A DNA stretch of 59,832 nucleotides, counting the filler, from Fonticula-like sp. SCN 57-25 (Eukaryota): NCBI GenBank assembly GCA_001724245.1. It is 9 parts of 9 records of this genome, joined end to end, with 100 filler letters (N's around TTAATTAATTAA, not from the genome) between each part and the next. Parts side by side here need not be neighbours in the genome. Positions count along the whole stretch, not along the records: positions 20,081 to 26,659 come from MEDX01000434.1; positions 26,760 to 33,337 come from MEDX01000435.1; 7 more parts are not named here. The stretch is one strand, 5' to 3'. Shown here in pieces: positions 22,347-33,437 of this stretch; the stretch's first letter is position 1; each line of letters opens with the position of its first letter. The translations under genes and the position numbers were made by a program. The notes under the pieces were generated by a model that saw nothing but the letters and a program-made list of their open reading frames with translations, was not told the DNA's origin and made no database searches.

Positions 22347-25022
22347 ATGGGAGGCGGCAGGCCGCAACTGCTCCTTCTTCTCTGTGCACTATTTCTCGGT
22401 GCAACACTAGTAAACGGAGGCGGCTTTGACGGTGCACATGACGACGACGTTTTAGTTGCGCTATCGCTGGATGGCCAGCTTACAGGATTCGGGTACGTAT
22501 GCCAACCCGTCGTTCAAGATTACTGACCGGCCGCAGGCTTGACGGTGTAAGGCGGTGGAGCTTCCATGGCGGCTATCTTTCGCACACGCCGACGTACCAG
22601 GAAATGGACCCTGACGCCACCACAATCCTGATTCCCGGCCTCGCGTCGGGCGAGCTCATCAACGTCACTGCTGGTCAACCTCCGGTGCTCATGGAGCAGG
22701 GGATAGCCGAGCTCATGGGCGCGGCGCATCTTTTAAGCACGCCCACGGTCAAGGCGACCTCCTTCCTCCGCTCGACCGACCTCACGATAGATATGGACTT
22801 GGGTTTTGTTTCGAGCCACGTGGATTGCCTTTCCGACGATGACGATTGCGGCGCCGAGGTCCCGGGCACGCAGGGCGATGCGTACGTCGTCGAGGGCGAG
22901 TACGAGGACGACGAGGAAATGGACAGAGTTACTGCCACCTATTCAGGAATGCGTCTCCCGACAAAGCGCCACTTTGAGCTGCGCCGCATCGAGTACACCA
23001 TCGCCTTCCAGAAGAAGCGTCAGACAACGTGCGAACCCTTTTTTCCTTTCTCTTTCCGCCCACTGACGCGCGCCGCAGGTGGTCTACGCGCTTTGTCCTG
23101 TACGAGCCCATGGTGCCGAACGACCCCCCCGCCTACCAGCGCGCCCTCATCGACCACGCTCTCGGCAAGGTGAGCAACGATCTCCCCGCGCCCGTGCACT
23201 CCATCTACTACGTCGCCAATGGCAACGTGTCAAAGCACCAGCTGATCACCTCGCTGCACGACGAGGCGGTAGACGGCGCTTTATCGATGGACCTGTCCAG
23301 CGCATCGACTGTGCTGCTGCAGAACAGCGCCACTTCCGGACTGTCTTTTCTTCCGCGGTCTGCCCTTGCCCGGCTCCCTGGCCCGCTCTCGCTGGAGGAC
23401 GGCGCCGACGCCGACGGCGACAAGACGACGACCGCCGTGCAGCTGCTGGACGCGCCGTCCTTTTGGTCCGCCGCCGGGAAACCCGAGATGTCCCTCGCGA
23501 ACCGCTTTTCGCGCAGCGCGCTCGTCGCGGTCACGCGCGCCGTCTCGCTGGCGGAGATCAACGCGCCGCCCGCCTCGTCGCACCAAGGCTCGCTCATGGC
23601 GGGAGTCGTCATTGGCCTGCTCGCGTCCATGTCGCTGCTCGCGGCGGCCCTCGGTATAGCAACCGTGCGGCGCAGGGCGCGCACTTACGAAGGCAGCGTC
23701 CCGCTCACCGACGACCCGCACAACCCGCTCGTGTACTTTCCGGAAAAAGTTCTCGGTACGCGGCGATCGACACCGTCGTAACACTGACTCATCGTTTTGT
23801 TTTTTAAGGGAGCGGGAGCGAAGGCGTTGTGTTTGAAGGTATGCTGAGCGACCGCAAAGTTGCCGTGAAGCGCCTCCCCGTGCATGCGTGGCCGCGAGCC
23901 GATCATGAGATCAAGATACTTCAAAAGATCGACGGGAGCAACGACATTATTCGGTACTTTGCGCAAGTAAAGACGCCCGAATTTATCTTTGTTGCGATCG
24001 AGCTGTGCCACAAGTCGCTGTTTGACCTTATTCACAGCCCGGTTCCCCCCAATGCGCCTCTCCACTGGAACGGCGAGCGCCTCGTCGTTAATGACAAGCT
24101 TAGCCTCGGCGCGCGCGAGCTGCTGCTCCCCATCATGCGCGCGCTCGTCGCGCTGCACGAGAGGTCCATGGTCCACCGCGACGTCAAGCCGCACAACATC
24201 CTCGTCGACGTCAACGGCAAGGTGGTTCTGTCCGACTTTGGGCTGAGCCGCACGCTGCGGCAGGGCGAGGCGGCGCACAAGACGACCGCGCGGGCAGGTA
24301 GCTTCGCGTGGCGCGCGCCGGAAGTGGCCGCCGCGGTCGGCGACGTGAAGGTGTCCGTCTCGCTCGCGTCCGACATTTTCAGCATGGGCTGCGTGATACA
24401 CTACGTGGCGACGAACGGCGTTCACGCATTTGGGGAGGCGGCCATGATGGGCATCATTGAAGAAAGGAATCGCGTTAGGGACGGCGCCGCCGAGAGCGCG
24501 GCCTACAGGAGGACGGCCGACGTCGTGCGGCGGATGACGGCGTGGCAGCCCGGCGGGCGCATCAACGCAGCGGAGGCGCTCGAGCACCCGTTTTTCTGGA
24601 CCGACAAGGGGAGGCTCGACTTCCTGGTTGAGGCGAGTGCGTTCCTAAACAGCAAGCCAGAGACAGTGGCGAGCAAGCTGGCGTTTGATGAGGTAGACAA
24701 GCGCAACCGGGCCATTGTGGGCGACGACTGGAGCCAAAAAATTCACCCTTTGCTTTGGGAAAACTTGAGGGGACCAAAGGGGCGTGGGTACAATATTAAA
24801 TCCACGTCGCAGCTCGTGGCGGCGATCAGGAACAAGAGCGCGCACTATCACGAGCTGCCAGAGGAAATCGTGGCGCTGTTTACGCCGCACGGGTTGCTGT
24901 ACTACTTTGAGGAGCGGTTTCCTTTGCTGTTCATGCAAGTGTACAATGTGATGTTGACGTGCGCGCCAACCGACGTGTCGACAAGATTGCTGAACGCAGG
25001 ATTGGGATTGCCGAATCAGTGA
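22347..25022 (+). CDS. IRE1: IRE1 ER-stress sensor kinase/endoribonuclease
   Basis: Signal peptide, luminal LSLDGQLTG..G.RRWSF motif, TM helix, kinase (GSGSEG, VAVKR, HRDVKPHN, DFG, WRAPE), KEN with IRNKSAHY and RFPLL; three introns. Confidence 0.92.
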
Positions 25023-25228
25023 TCTTTGGAATGCGTTTCCTGTGTACATATTGTTATTCTTTTGCATTCATGTCAATAAAGCATACTCATCCATATTCCT
25101 TTATTGATCCCATCCCTGTCTGCTACCCTCGTCTGCCCCTGGGGTTTGCTGCAAAAGTTGCTTTTCGTGTTTTGATGGTTGACCCCAGCCGACTCTGCCC
25201 CTGACTTTTTGTTTGTTGGGAGATCAGG

Positions 25229-26659
25229 ATGGCGCCGGGCGCCCCACCCGCGGGTCTCCCGCCGCCCTTGCGGCCCGGGATCGACGAGCAGGTGGCCGAA
25301 CTGTCCTCTGTATTTCCATTGATACCCGCGGACATTATTCGCCAAGTCTGCGCCGTCACACGGGCGGACGACATTCCATTTGCTCTCATTGAGGTTCAGC
25401 GGATTGCCCTGGAAGCGGGCCAGGACCTGAACGGTGTGCTGTCGGGCGGCGCCCCCGCCCCTCAAAAGTCGCCGCCCACGCCGCGCAAGCCCGCCTCGTC
25501 GCCAGTTTCTGCGGCATCTATTCCTCCGCCCATTGGCGCGCCGGCATCCGCGTCGGCAACATCCCGCCTGCCGCCGCTGCCCCGCCAAGTCCGGCCGTCG
25601 ATACCAGCGGTGCGCCCGTCCTATGTGTTCCGTCCGCCGACGGGCGCTGCGCCGGTCAGCGACGACCGCGTTATCATGTCCGTGATGACAGACCCGAACG
25701 AGCCGGCGTCCTCATCGCGCGGGCCCATGATGGTGCGGCCCCGCAGCATGCCCAAGGCCGCCCCACAGCCGCTACCGACCGTCGAGGTCGAGCCGCCGCC
25801 GGAGGCATCTGTCGAAGAAAGCCCTCAAAAGACGCCGCCGCCGATTCCGACGTCGTCGCGCGGCGCGGCGCTCAAGGCCGCCGCCCTGCGCGTGTTCCAG
25901 CCGCGCCCTCCCCGCGGCGGCGCCCCCGAGCCCGAGCCCGCCGCCTCTTCCTCCTCGTCGTCGTCGGCGACCGCGCCGCCCGAAGCGTCATCGAGCGGCC
26001 TCGCGCAGCCGATGAGCGGCCCCTTCCGCTTCTTCACCGACTTTCGCCTCCAGCACGCGCAGCGCGGCGGCGCCGACGCGCAGTCCAACTGGTGGAAAGT
26101 CAACGACGGCGTCGAGCGCGAGGCGCCGTCCGAGAGCCGCGAGCCGTCGCCAATCCCATTCGGCGACTCGGACGACGACGAAGCGGCCGACCCCAAGCAG
26201 CCGCCGTCGCCTTCTTCTGCTGCTTCGTCGCAGTTTCTTCCGCCGCTGCCGACGCAGGCACCAAAGGTCCGCGACGCCGTTCGTCGCCTCACCGCGGTGG
26301 TCGACTCGTTCCGCAAGCAGCTTGAGAAGCTTGCCATGTCGGAAAACAAGCTGCGGTCGACGCTCGCGTCCGACATGGCGCAGCTCGACCTCAACGTGTG
26401 GACGGACCTGCTTGGGCGACTCCGCCGCGACGTGTTTTTCGCAGACATGAACGTTGTGCGCATCCAGCGCGCTCGGCTCCAGTGGACGGTCGGCATCGTC
26501 CAGCGGCAGATTGACGAGATTTCGCGCGCGCTCGATGAGTCGAACCCGACGCTGGTGCCGGCGAAGCTCCTGCTCAACGAGCGCGACTTGCTCGACACGC
26601 AGGGAAGGGCGGCCATCTGGAAAAAGGGCGAGCTCGCGCTAAAGGTGCGCAAACTACAG
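25229..26659 (+). CDS. CUE-like domain, proline-rich and coiled-coil protein (3' partial)
   Basis: EQVAELSSVFPLIPADIIRQV resembles CUE; long open frame running into the spacer. Confidence 0.65.
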
Positions 26660-26759
26660 NNNNNNNNNNNNNNNNNNNNNNNNNNNNNNNNNNNNNNNNN
26701 NNNTTAATTAATTAANNNNNNNNNNNNNNNNNNNNNNNNNNNNNNNNNNNNNNNNNNNN
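26660..26759. other. artificial contig spacer
   Basis: N run, TTAATTAATTAA, N run. Confidence 0.99.
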
Positions 26760-27033
26760 CGACTAGACGTCAATCACTGTATGCTGTTCTGCGGGTTGGA
26801 CTCGCGTCATTGTATGGTTCGTCTTGCGAGCACTACTTTAATAAAGCCATTAAAAGATACACAATATTATAGTGGAAGGAAAGCGCTCGGCCCCGGCACT
26901 GAATTGAACACAATGCGGTTCGCCTTGCATCATCGAGGCAGTTTTGCGTTCCGTTGCATTTTTTATGATTTATTTTCTCGAATATTCGACCAATCACGTG
27001 CAGCCGCGTACGCTCGCTGACGCTGACGAAACG

Positions 27034-28208
27034 ATGGCGGCGCCGTTCGAGGATTGGTACCGCTCGGTCCCTCCAGTGACTCGCTTTTACGCGACCGGCG
27101 CGGTGATCACTACACTGGCATGCGTACGAGCATTCATATCGTTAAACGTTATATTGACCGGTGCTTAGCATATCAAAGTAATTTCGCCGTTTGATCTCTA
27201 CCTCAATGCGAATCTCGTATGGAGCCAGCATCAGGTGCGCCCTGCCGCTCTGCCGATTGGCGCAACGCTCACCCTGCGCTTTACAGTACTGGAGATTGAT
27301 CACCAATTTTTTCTTCCTAGGCACGTTGAATGTCGACTTTCTGTTTCATCTCTTTTTCTTGTGCGTCACTGCCATCACCCGCCGCTCGGCTAACGCGTGC
27401 ATGCAGCGTGCGGTATAGCCGAGATTTAGAAGAGGGGACGTTTAGGAACCGAACGTCCGACTTTGTATTTATGATTATGTTTGGTTGTACTCTAATGACG
27501 GTGCGCCTCTGCCCTTGGCTTGTTGCGCGATCTGATGTAATTGCAGCTGATCGCGTTCGCCCAAGTCGTCAATCTCATGTTCCTCAGCCACTCGCTCACC
27601 TTTATGCTCGTCTATCTCTGGTCCAAGAAGAACCCGAACGCGCCAGTACGAATATATATCTTTTGGTATGCTTTGCTAAGATATTGGCGTGCTTAGATCA
27701 GCTTCCTCGGCATGTTCCAGTTCACCGCCAAGTGGCTGCCTTGGGCGCTCCTCCTGCTCACCATGACGTTCAATAACACTGTGCCCACGACCGGTACGCC
27801 GCTCGTCAATATTATACCTTTATATTGACGCGATTTCAGACTTGGTTGGCATTTTGGTGGGCGGCGTCTACTTTTACTGCGCCGAGGTGCACCCTCGTCG
27901 CTACAACCGCGTCATGCTCCGCACGCCGCGCATCCTGTACGTGCATGTTCTTCTCGCGCAATGTGCTAATATATGTGCCTTCTTTGCAGGAAGCGCCTTT
28001 TCGACGCGCCCGAGGACGACTTTGTGGCCGAGCCGGTGGCGGCCAACCCGGGCGGCTTTGGTTGGGGTGCGCATTGCGCACTTTCACGGCGTTGCACTAA
28101 CATGCGCGCTTAGGCAATGGGCAGCCGGCGGACGAAGACGCGCCGCTCAACATGGATGCTGCGCAGCCCGCGCCGCAGCACGACAACAACTCGGACAACG
28201 AGGACTAG
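27034..28208 (+). CDS. DER1: derlin (ERAD rhomboid pseudoprotease), about 8 introns
   Basis: WYRSVPPVTRFY, QYWRLITNFFFLG, RYSRDLEEGTFRNRTSDF, YLWSKKNP, LPWALL, DLVGILVG, LRTPRIL. Confidence 0.92.
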
Positions 28209-28279
28209 AAACCCTTTTGTAAAGCAATGCTGGCTCCAATAATATTTACAATAAACAACAATGACGAAAGAGTGGGTGG

Positions 28280-29113
28280 TCATTCGTCGTCGAGAAGTCC
28301 GAGCGACTCGCCCGCTTCGCCGTCCGCGGCAGATTCGAGGAGGGCCGGGGGCGCCGTCGAGGGCATGGTGGGAATGGCATCACCTTCGTCCTCAAAGAGC
28401 GCGGCTTCGAGCTCGCGATCGATGAGCTCGGCCTCTTCGGCCTGACGACGGCGGCGCTCTTCCAGGCGCGCGAGGGCCATTTCGCGGTTGGCACGAGCAA
28501 CCTCACTGAGCTCTTGCGTATTGGCGGCGAGATCAACCGCCTGCATCGGGACGCGTTAGTGACCTAGTATATTGAATCGAAAAATACGAACCATAAAGTC
28601 GGCGGCGGCATCGCTGGGCGGCGGCGGAAGGGGATCGTCATCTGCAAGCGACGTGTCCACAAGTTCCTCTGAAATGTACACAAGATCGTCGGGCTTGTTG
28701 CGCCACCGGCTAATGTGGATGCGCATGCGCTTTTGCGCGCAGACCGTCTCTGTTTGGAGGCAAAAGTCGCGCAGGGGAAGCTTGGGGTACAGCTGATGCG
28801 CCCAGTCGCCGTAGAATTGAAGGATCTGGCGCAAGTCGCTCACTTCGTGGCCCTTTCCTTTAAAGCGCAGCGTTTTCACGTTGCGGCAGAGGTACTTGAA
28901 CCCGTTCGCAGAGAGGAGCCGGTTGGAATCGAGTTTGGGGCGGGGCTTGATCCGCCGGCGAGGAGCCGCTTCCACCGCATCCGCATTGCTCTCGGCGTCT
29001 CCCTTATTCTTCAACGTCCTGTCGGGCTCTTCCTCGGCCTCGCTGGCTGAGCCGCTGTAGTCGGTCCCGTAGCCGTCGTAGGCCGGGCTCGGCGATCGCC
29101 CGCGCACCGACAT
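28280..29113 (-). CDS. CSM3: replication fork protection subunit TIPIN/Csm3/Swi3
   Basis: PKLDSNRLLSANG, FKGKGHEVSDL..ILQFYGDWAHQLYPKL, C-terminal RANREMALARLEERR; one intron. Confidence 0.92.
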
Positions 29114-29127
29114 GATGGTGAATTTGG

Positions 29128-29141
29128 TTTTGGCGCCAAAA
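29128..29141. promoter_or_regulatory. E2F-like palindrome TTTTGGCGCCAAAA, with CCAATCAG box near 29186
   Basis: Perfect 14-bp palindrome about 15 nt upstream of the TIPIN/Csm3 ATG. Confidence 0.5.
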
Positions 29142-29526
29142 GTTACAAATCTGCCCCGGATTTCAGGTAGGATTAATGCGTGGAGCCAATCAGGGCATTC
29201 AATTGAGGGCCAGTCTGTATTAACAGGCATGGAGAAGAGGTACTGTGTCCAGAACTGAGCATACTACAATAGAAAATACAAGTACTCGTGGTAATATCTC
29301 TCCGTTATCAAATTGCAATGAATTAAAACTCGACAACAACATTAACTAGAACGACCTCAAACTGCAATGGTACTACAAAACACATCAATATCGAGATACT
29401 AACAAAAACATTAACGATTGTACTGGAAGTAACACTTTATAAACACTTGTAACAACACATTTCAACATTTGTAAGAATATGGTATGACTCGAAAAGAAAC
29501 GAGAGATGTGCCGGCAGCATCGCCGA

Positions 29527-30730
29527 TCAGCCGGCGACCGAGAGAACCATGAGAAGGGCGCATGTCATGGCGACGATCGTCTTGAGCCCAATGTACAAGG
29601 CCAGCCGGCCAATGCAGCGGTCCAGCACGAGAGGCAGGAACACAAAGAAAAACGCCAACCCGACCAGCACCGTTAGCCACGTCGTCATGGTAAAGTACTG
29701 CAACACGAGCAGTCCCCACCACAAAATCTTTATGGAAAAAAGCGTATCGAGAACGCGGTAGACAAGCGGAGCGCGCAGCGTGGAAAGCAGCGTCTCGTTG
29801 CACAGCGGCGGTATGTGCGTGCACACGATCGCAACCGGCGTCAGGTGCGGCTCGCCAAAGCGGTTCAGCCACAAGAAAATCCGCCATGTGTATACATGAT
29901 CGCCCGCATACGTCTTGTCGTGGACCTGCTGCAGCATGTCGTCGGTCTCGGGATCGCCGACATGCTAATGAAACGAGTGTCAGGAGCTGCGGGAATACAA
30001 CAGTGAATGGTCGTACTCTAACGAGGCCGAGCGGCGCCATTTCCAGGCCAAAGTACCACGCCCAGATCTGGTCGAGCCCCTCGAAAGATTTGCTGTCGTC
30101 GAGCAGGCGCAATGGGAGGATGTTGACGAACGCGACAAGAGCCGAGCGAGGGACCATCACGTTGGTCATGAAGAAGCGGTACACCGTGGGGTACATGAGA
30201 CGCACGCTACGCTGCTTCAAGTCGATGCCGACGGGATAGCAGTCATTGTCCATCAGCAAAACGGTTTCGCTCTGCGTGTGCTCGAGCAGCAGGGCGAGGG
30301 CGCGATTCATCTGAAAGGCATCCGACTCGACCCGCAACAGTTTGAAATCGACCTGGAGAACAATGCAAAATATAAGTACAACAATACAATTAGCAAGTGC
30401 GCGAACCTTGGGCTGAGTGGCTGTGGTGTTGAGGGGCGCCAATGGCGGGTTGCTTCCCATGTCGATGACGATGGCGTGATCAACCCCCGGGGTTAGCTTT
30501 TGCATAAACAGGGGCATTGTCACGAGGTAGTCCGGCCTGTTGCGCACAAGCATGCCAATCGTCAACGCGCCTGGAACGTCACTGACGGATGTCGGAACCG
30601 TGTTGCTCGGGGAATTATCTTCGAGCAGGCTGTTCATCAACCCCATGGCCAACAGAAAGTTGACGAATAGCAGGGAAGCGGCAAGCACGCGCCATGGCCG
30701 CCAGGACGAGGCGGGCAACCGATTCAGCAT
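29527..30730 (-). CDS. GT-A-fold glycosyltransferase-like protein with C-terminal TM helices
   Basis: N-terminal anchor, VRNRPDYL, IVIDMGS, RALALL..TQSETVLLMDND (DxD); hydrophobic C-terminus; two introns. Confidence 0.6.
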
Positions 30731-31511
30731 GTAAAAATGAAATCAAGAAAGGAAATGGGCGGCTTCTCAGGAAGCGCAAACTCTTGCGTCTAATTCGATG
30801 CCGCCGAGCAAACCCGCACGCACAAGCCCCCTGTCAAAACTCCGGAGAAGGTATCCCGGAAGGGAGTGGTGCAATGTGTCTAATGCAAGCCTCCGTCTCA
30901 AAACAAACGGATATGTCACACTCGCTCACCAAAACATAAAAATAACTCGCCGAAGCGCCGGCGAACGCCCAGGGCAGCGGCAGAGCAGCCGGCGATCAAA
31001 GGGCGACGCTGCGGTGCTGCGCGGAAGCAATGTCCACGTGGCCGTCCACTCGAAGTGGGTCCTGAAAGGCAGGAATCTGGGGCTGATTACCATTGACGAT
31101 GTGCCAAGGCTCCCGCTCGCGCAGGCCTTCTGTGGCGGCGGCTCTCTCGAGCGCCCCGCCATAGGAAGAGGCGCTGGTGTCCATATATTTTTACGACATG
31201 TGCTATTTTGAGTTGGATTTAGCGCGCGCTGCGTTTTAATGGAGGCAAGCCATCGGTGCTTTCTTTCTATAGGTATCATCAACATCACGCCCGAGCACTT
31301 TTCAACGTGTTACTTGTGACGTTTAAATGACGTGCGCATGGTAAGGTATGAATGGAATTTTCTTTTGCCATTAAACTGATTCGTGTTTACGCAGTCAGTG
31401 TCGCTATGGCTCCGCCTTTCTGCGACGGGTTTATGTGTTTTTTGGTTGCGCCGGTCCGAAACGAGCGGTATCCCAACGTCCACTCGCGAACGCCCTGTGG
31501 CTAATCAATCT

Positions 31512-32010
31512 CTACTTTGCGCACCCACGCGCATACTGCGGCCAGTGCTCCCTCTCTATATACTTGAGGTAAACATTGTGGAGATCCTTGATCTTTTTAG
31601 GGACCCCGGGCTTTGCGATGCCCGTCACAGGCTGCAAAGGCTCGCCTGTGGGCATCACCGTCTGCTGAAACCCCTCGTCACCGATATTCGTCCTCTTCCT
31701 CTCCAGCACGATGTTGCCGGCATCGTCCTTGCGGGCCCGGATTCACCGATCCTCTCGGATGCCGGCCACCTCCCTATAGCGGTCGTCCAGCGCGGCCTTC
31801 CACTGCTTGATATGGGTCGCCTTCACCTCCTCCACGGCGATGCGGCCCGGGTCAAGTGCGCTGGCCACAATTCTGCGCAAGCCCTCGACGTCAAAGACGT
31901 CGGCGGGCCTGTACTTGGCCGAGATGCACGAGAATAGACGGTCGGGCGCAATCTTGGTGTGCCCCGGCAGCATGAGCGAGCAGCGCACCACTGCAGGGTG
32001 TTCCTGTGGT
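31512..32010 (-). pseudogene. decayed transposase-like fragment (GHTK-x-x-PD-x-x-F family)
   Basis: MLPGHTKIAPDRLFS..., in-frame TGA at 31743-31745, then same frame to KIKDLHNVYLKYI; N-terminus missing. Confidence 0.55.
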
Positions 32011-32696
32011 ACTCGCTGGCACTTCTTTTCTGTGCGCGAGCCTGTTGCTCGTTTGCACCGAGAAAGGCGGACTCCAATTGGACGCTTCCCGCGCTTTGAC
32101 CTATGTGACGGCGGCTTCATTTTGTTTTGCTCTTGTGAATAAAGGGTTAAAACTATAGTATAGTGTTTTTTCCAATTCAATTGTTACTCTTTATGATATG
32201 AAATAGTAAATACTCATTTGCACCGTAAAGCTCGTCAAAGCTTCTGGATGGCCCTCTGGTAAAAAGGGGCAAACGGATTACGAGACAACTTAAAATTCAT
32301 TCGCGAATGCCAAGCAGTGTGTAGATCAGTAGCAACCATGTCCCATAGAACATGTCCATACCTGTATCATCTCCCGCTTCCAAAACCTTTCGCGCAGCTT
32401 TCGCGCGCGCGTGCCGCAACTTCTTTCGTGGAGGCTGCGTGGAGGCCCCCCTGGCCCTCCCCGGCGAAATGCCATTGTCAGCAATCGAGATCGATCGTTT
32501 TTCGATCGTTTTTGATGAAATAATTACCTTCCTTTGCCTTTTTCGTTCGAGATTTGATGTTGATTGGGCTACCAGCGATCGTGGTATTTTTTTATGCGCG
32601 GCATTCATTGGACGAGCCGACCAATTGGCAGGCGATACCCCGCCGAACGACACGAGACTCGGAAAAGACCGCGCAGCTGACCGCCAGCGTCACAAC

Positions 32697-33337
32697 ATGG
32701 GGCGATGGAGGGCCGCGCTAGCGGTGCTGGCCGCAGTTTTACTCTGCGGTACGAATTGCGCCGCTCGCATCCCGCCGTCCTTTTCAACGCATGTCGTCCA
32801 TCTAGTTCTAACACGTGGTCGCATGCGCATTTCTAGTAAGCAGCGTGAATGACAGCAGAGCGTACGAGGTTTTCGGCGACTATGTATCCCTTGCAAATCA
32901 GTATAGCAACCTCAATCCCACCAGTACGTTGGAATCCCTTTTCGTTTGGCTCGGTCTAAAGTGTCGCATGATAAATAGAGAACGGGGGTTATTATGAAGC
33001 GCACGGAGATGGTTATGCAGCGAGATCTATCATGTATCTTGCTTTCGACTTTTCAAGTTTGGTGGTATGCTGAAATCCGAAAGGTTTGGAGAGCTAAGGT
33101 CGAGTTCCCCTTTACTTTATAGCCAGCCGGGCAGCCTGGGCGTTTCTGCGCGATCGGTACTCCGACCTTCAACATCATGCCCCAAAATCCGTCCACGTTG
33201 CATCGCACTTTCTCTCGACTTGAGCTTGACGCGCCGACTGTGACACTGGGGAAAAGCCTCTTTATTGTGGCCGTCTGGCCCTTTACATACGAACCCTTCT
33301 TGGGCCAATAGAAACAGAGAAACACTACACGTGCTAA
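32697..33337 (+). CDS. putative secreted protein, first exons only; downstream structure unclear
   Basis: ATG plus signal-peptide-like MGRWRAALAVLAAVLLC, GTACGA..TTCTAAC..TAG intron, second GTACGT donor at 32924. Confidence 0.35.
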
Positions 33338-33437
33338 NNNNNNNNNNNNNNNNNNNNNNNNNNNNNNNNNNNNNNNNNNNNTTAATTAATTAANNNNNNN
33401 NNNNNNNNNNNNNNNNNNNNNNNNNNNNNNNNNNNNN
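33338..33437. other. artificial contig spacer
   Basis: N run, TTAATTAATTAA, N run. Confidence 0.99.

Noticed and set aside
13652-28208. Apparent ER-stress cluster (ANK-IRE1 kinase, IRE1, derlin)
   Set aside because: The three genes are on different contigs ordered roughly by length, so their proximity is coincidental
31743-31745. In-frame TGA as a sign of recoding or an alternative genetic code
   Set aside because: TGA ends many intact genes here and the ORF is a truncated relic
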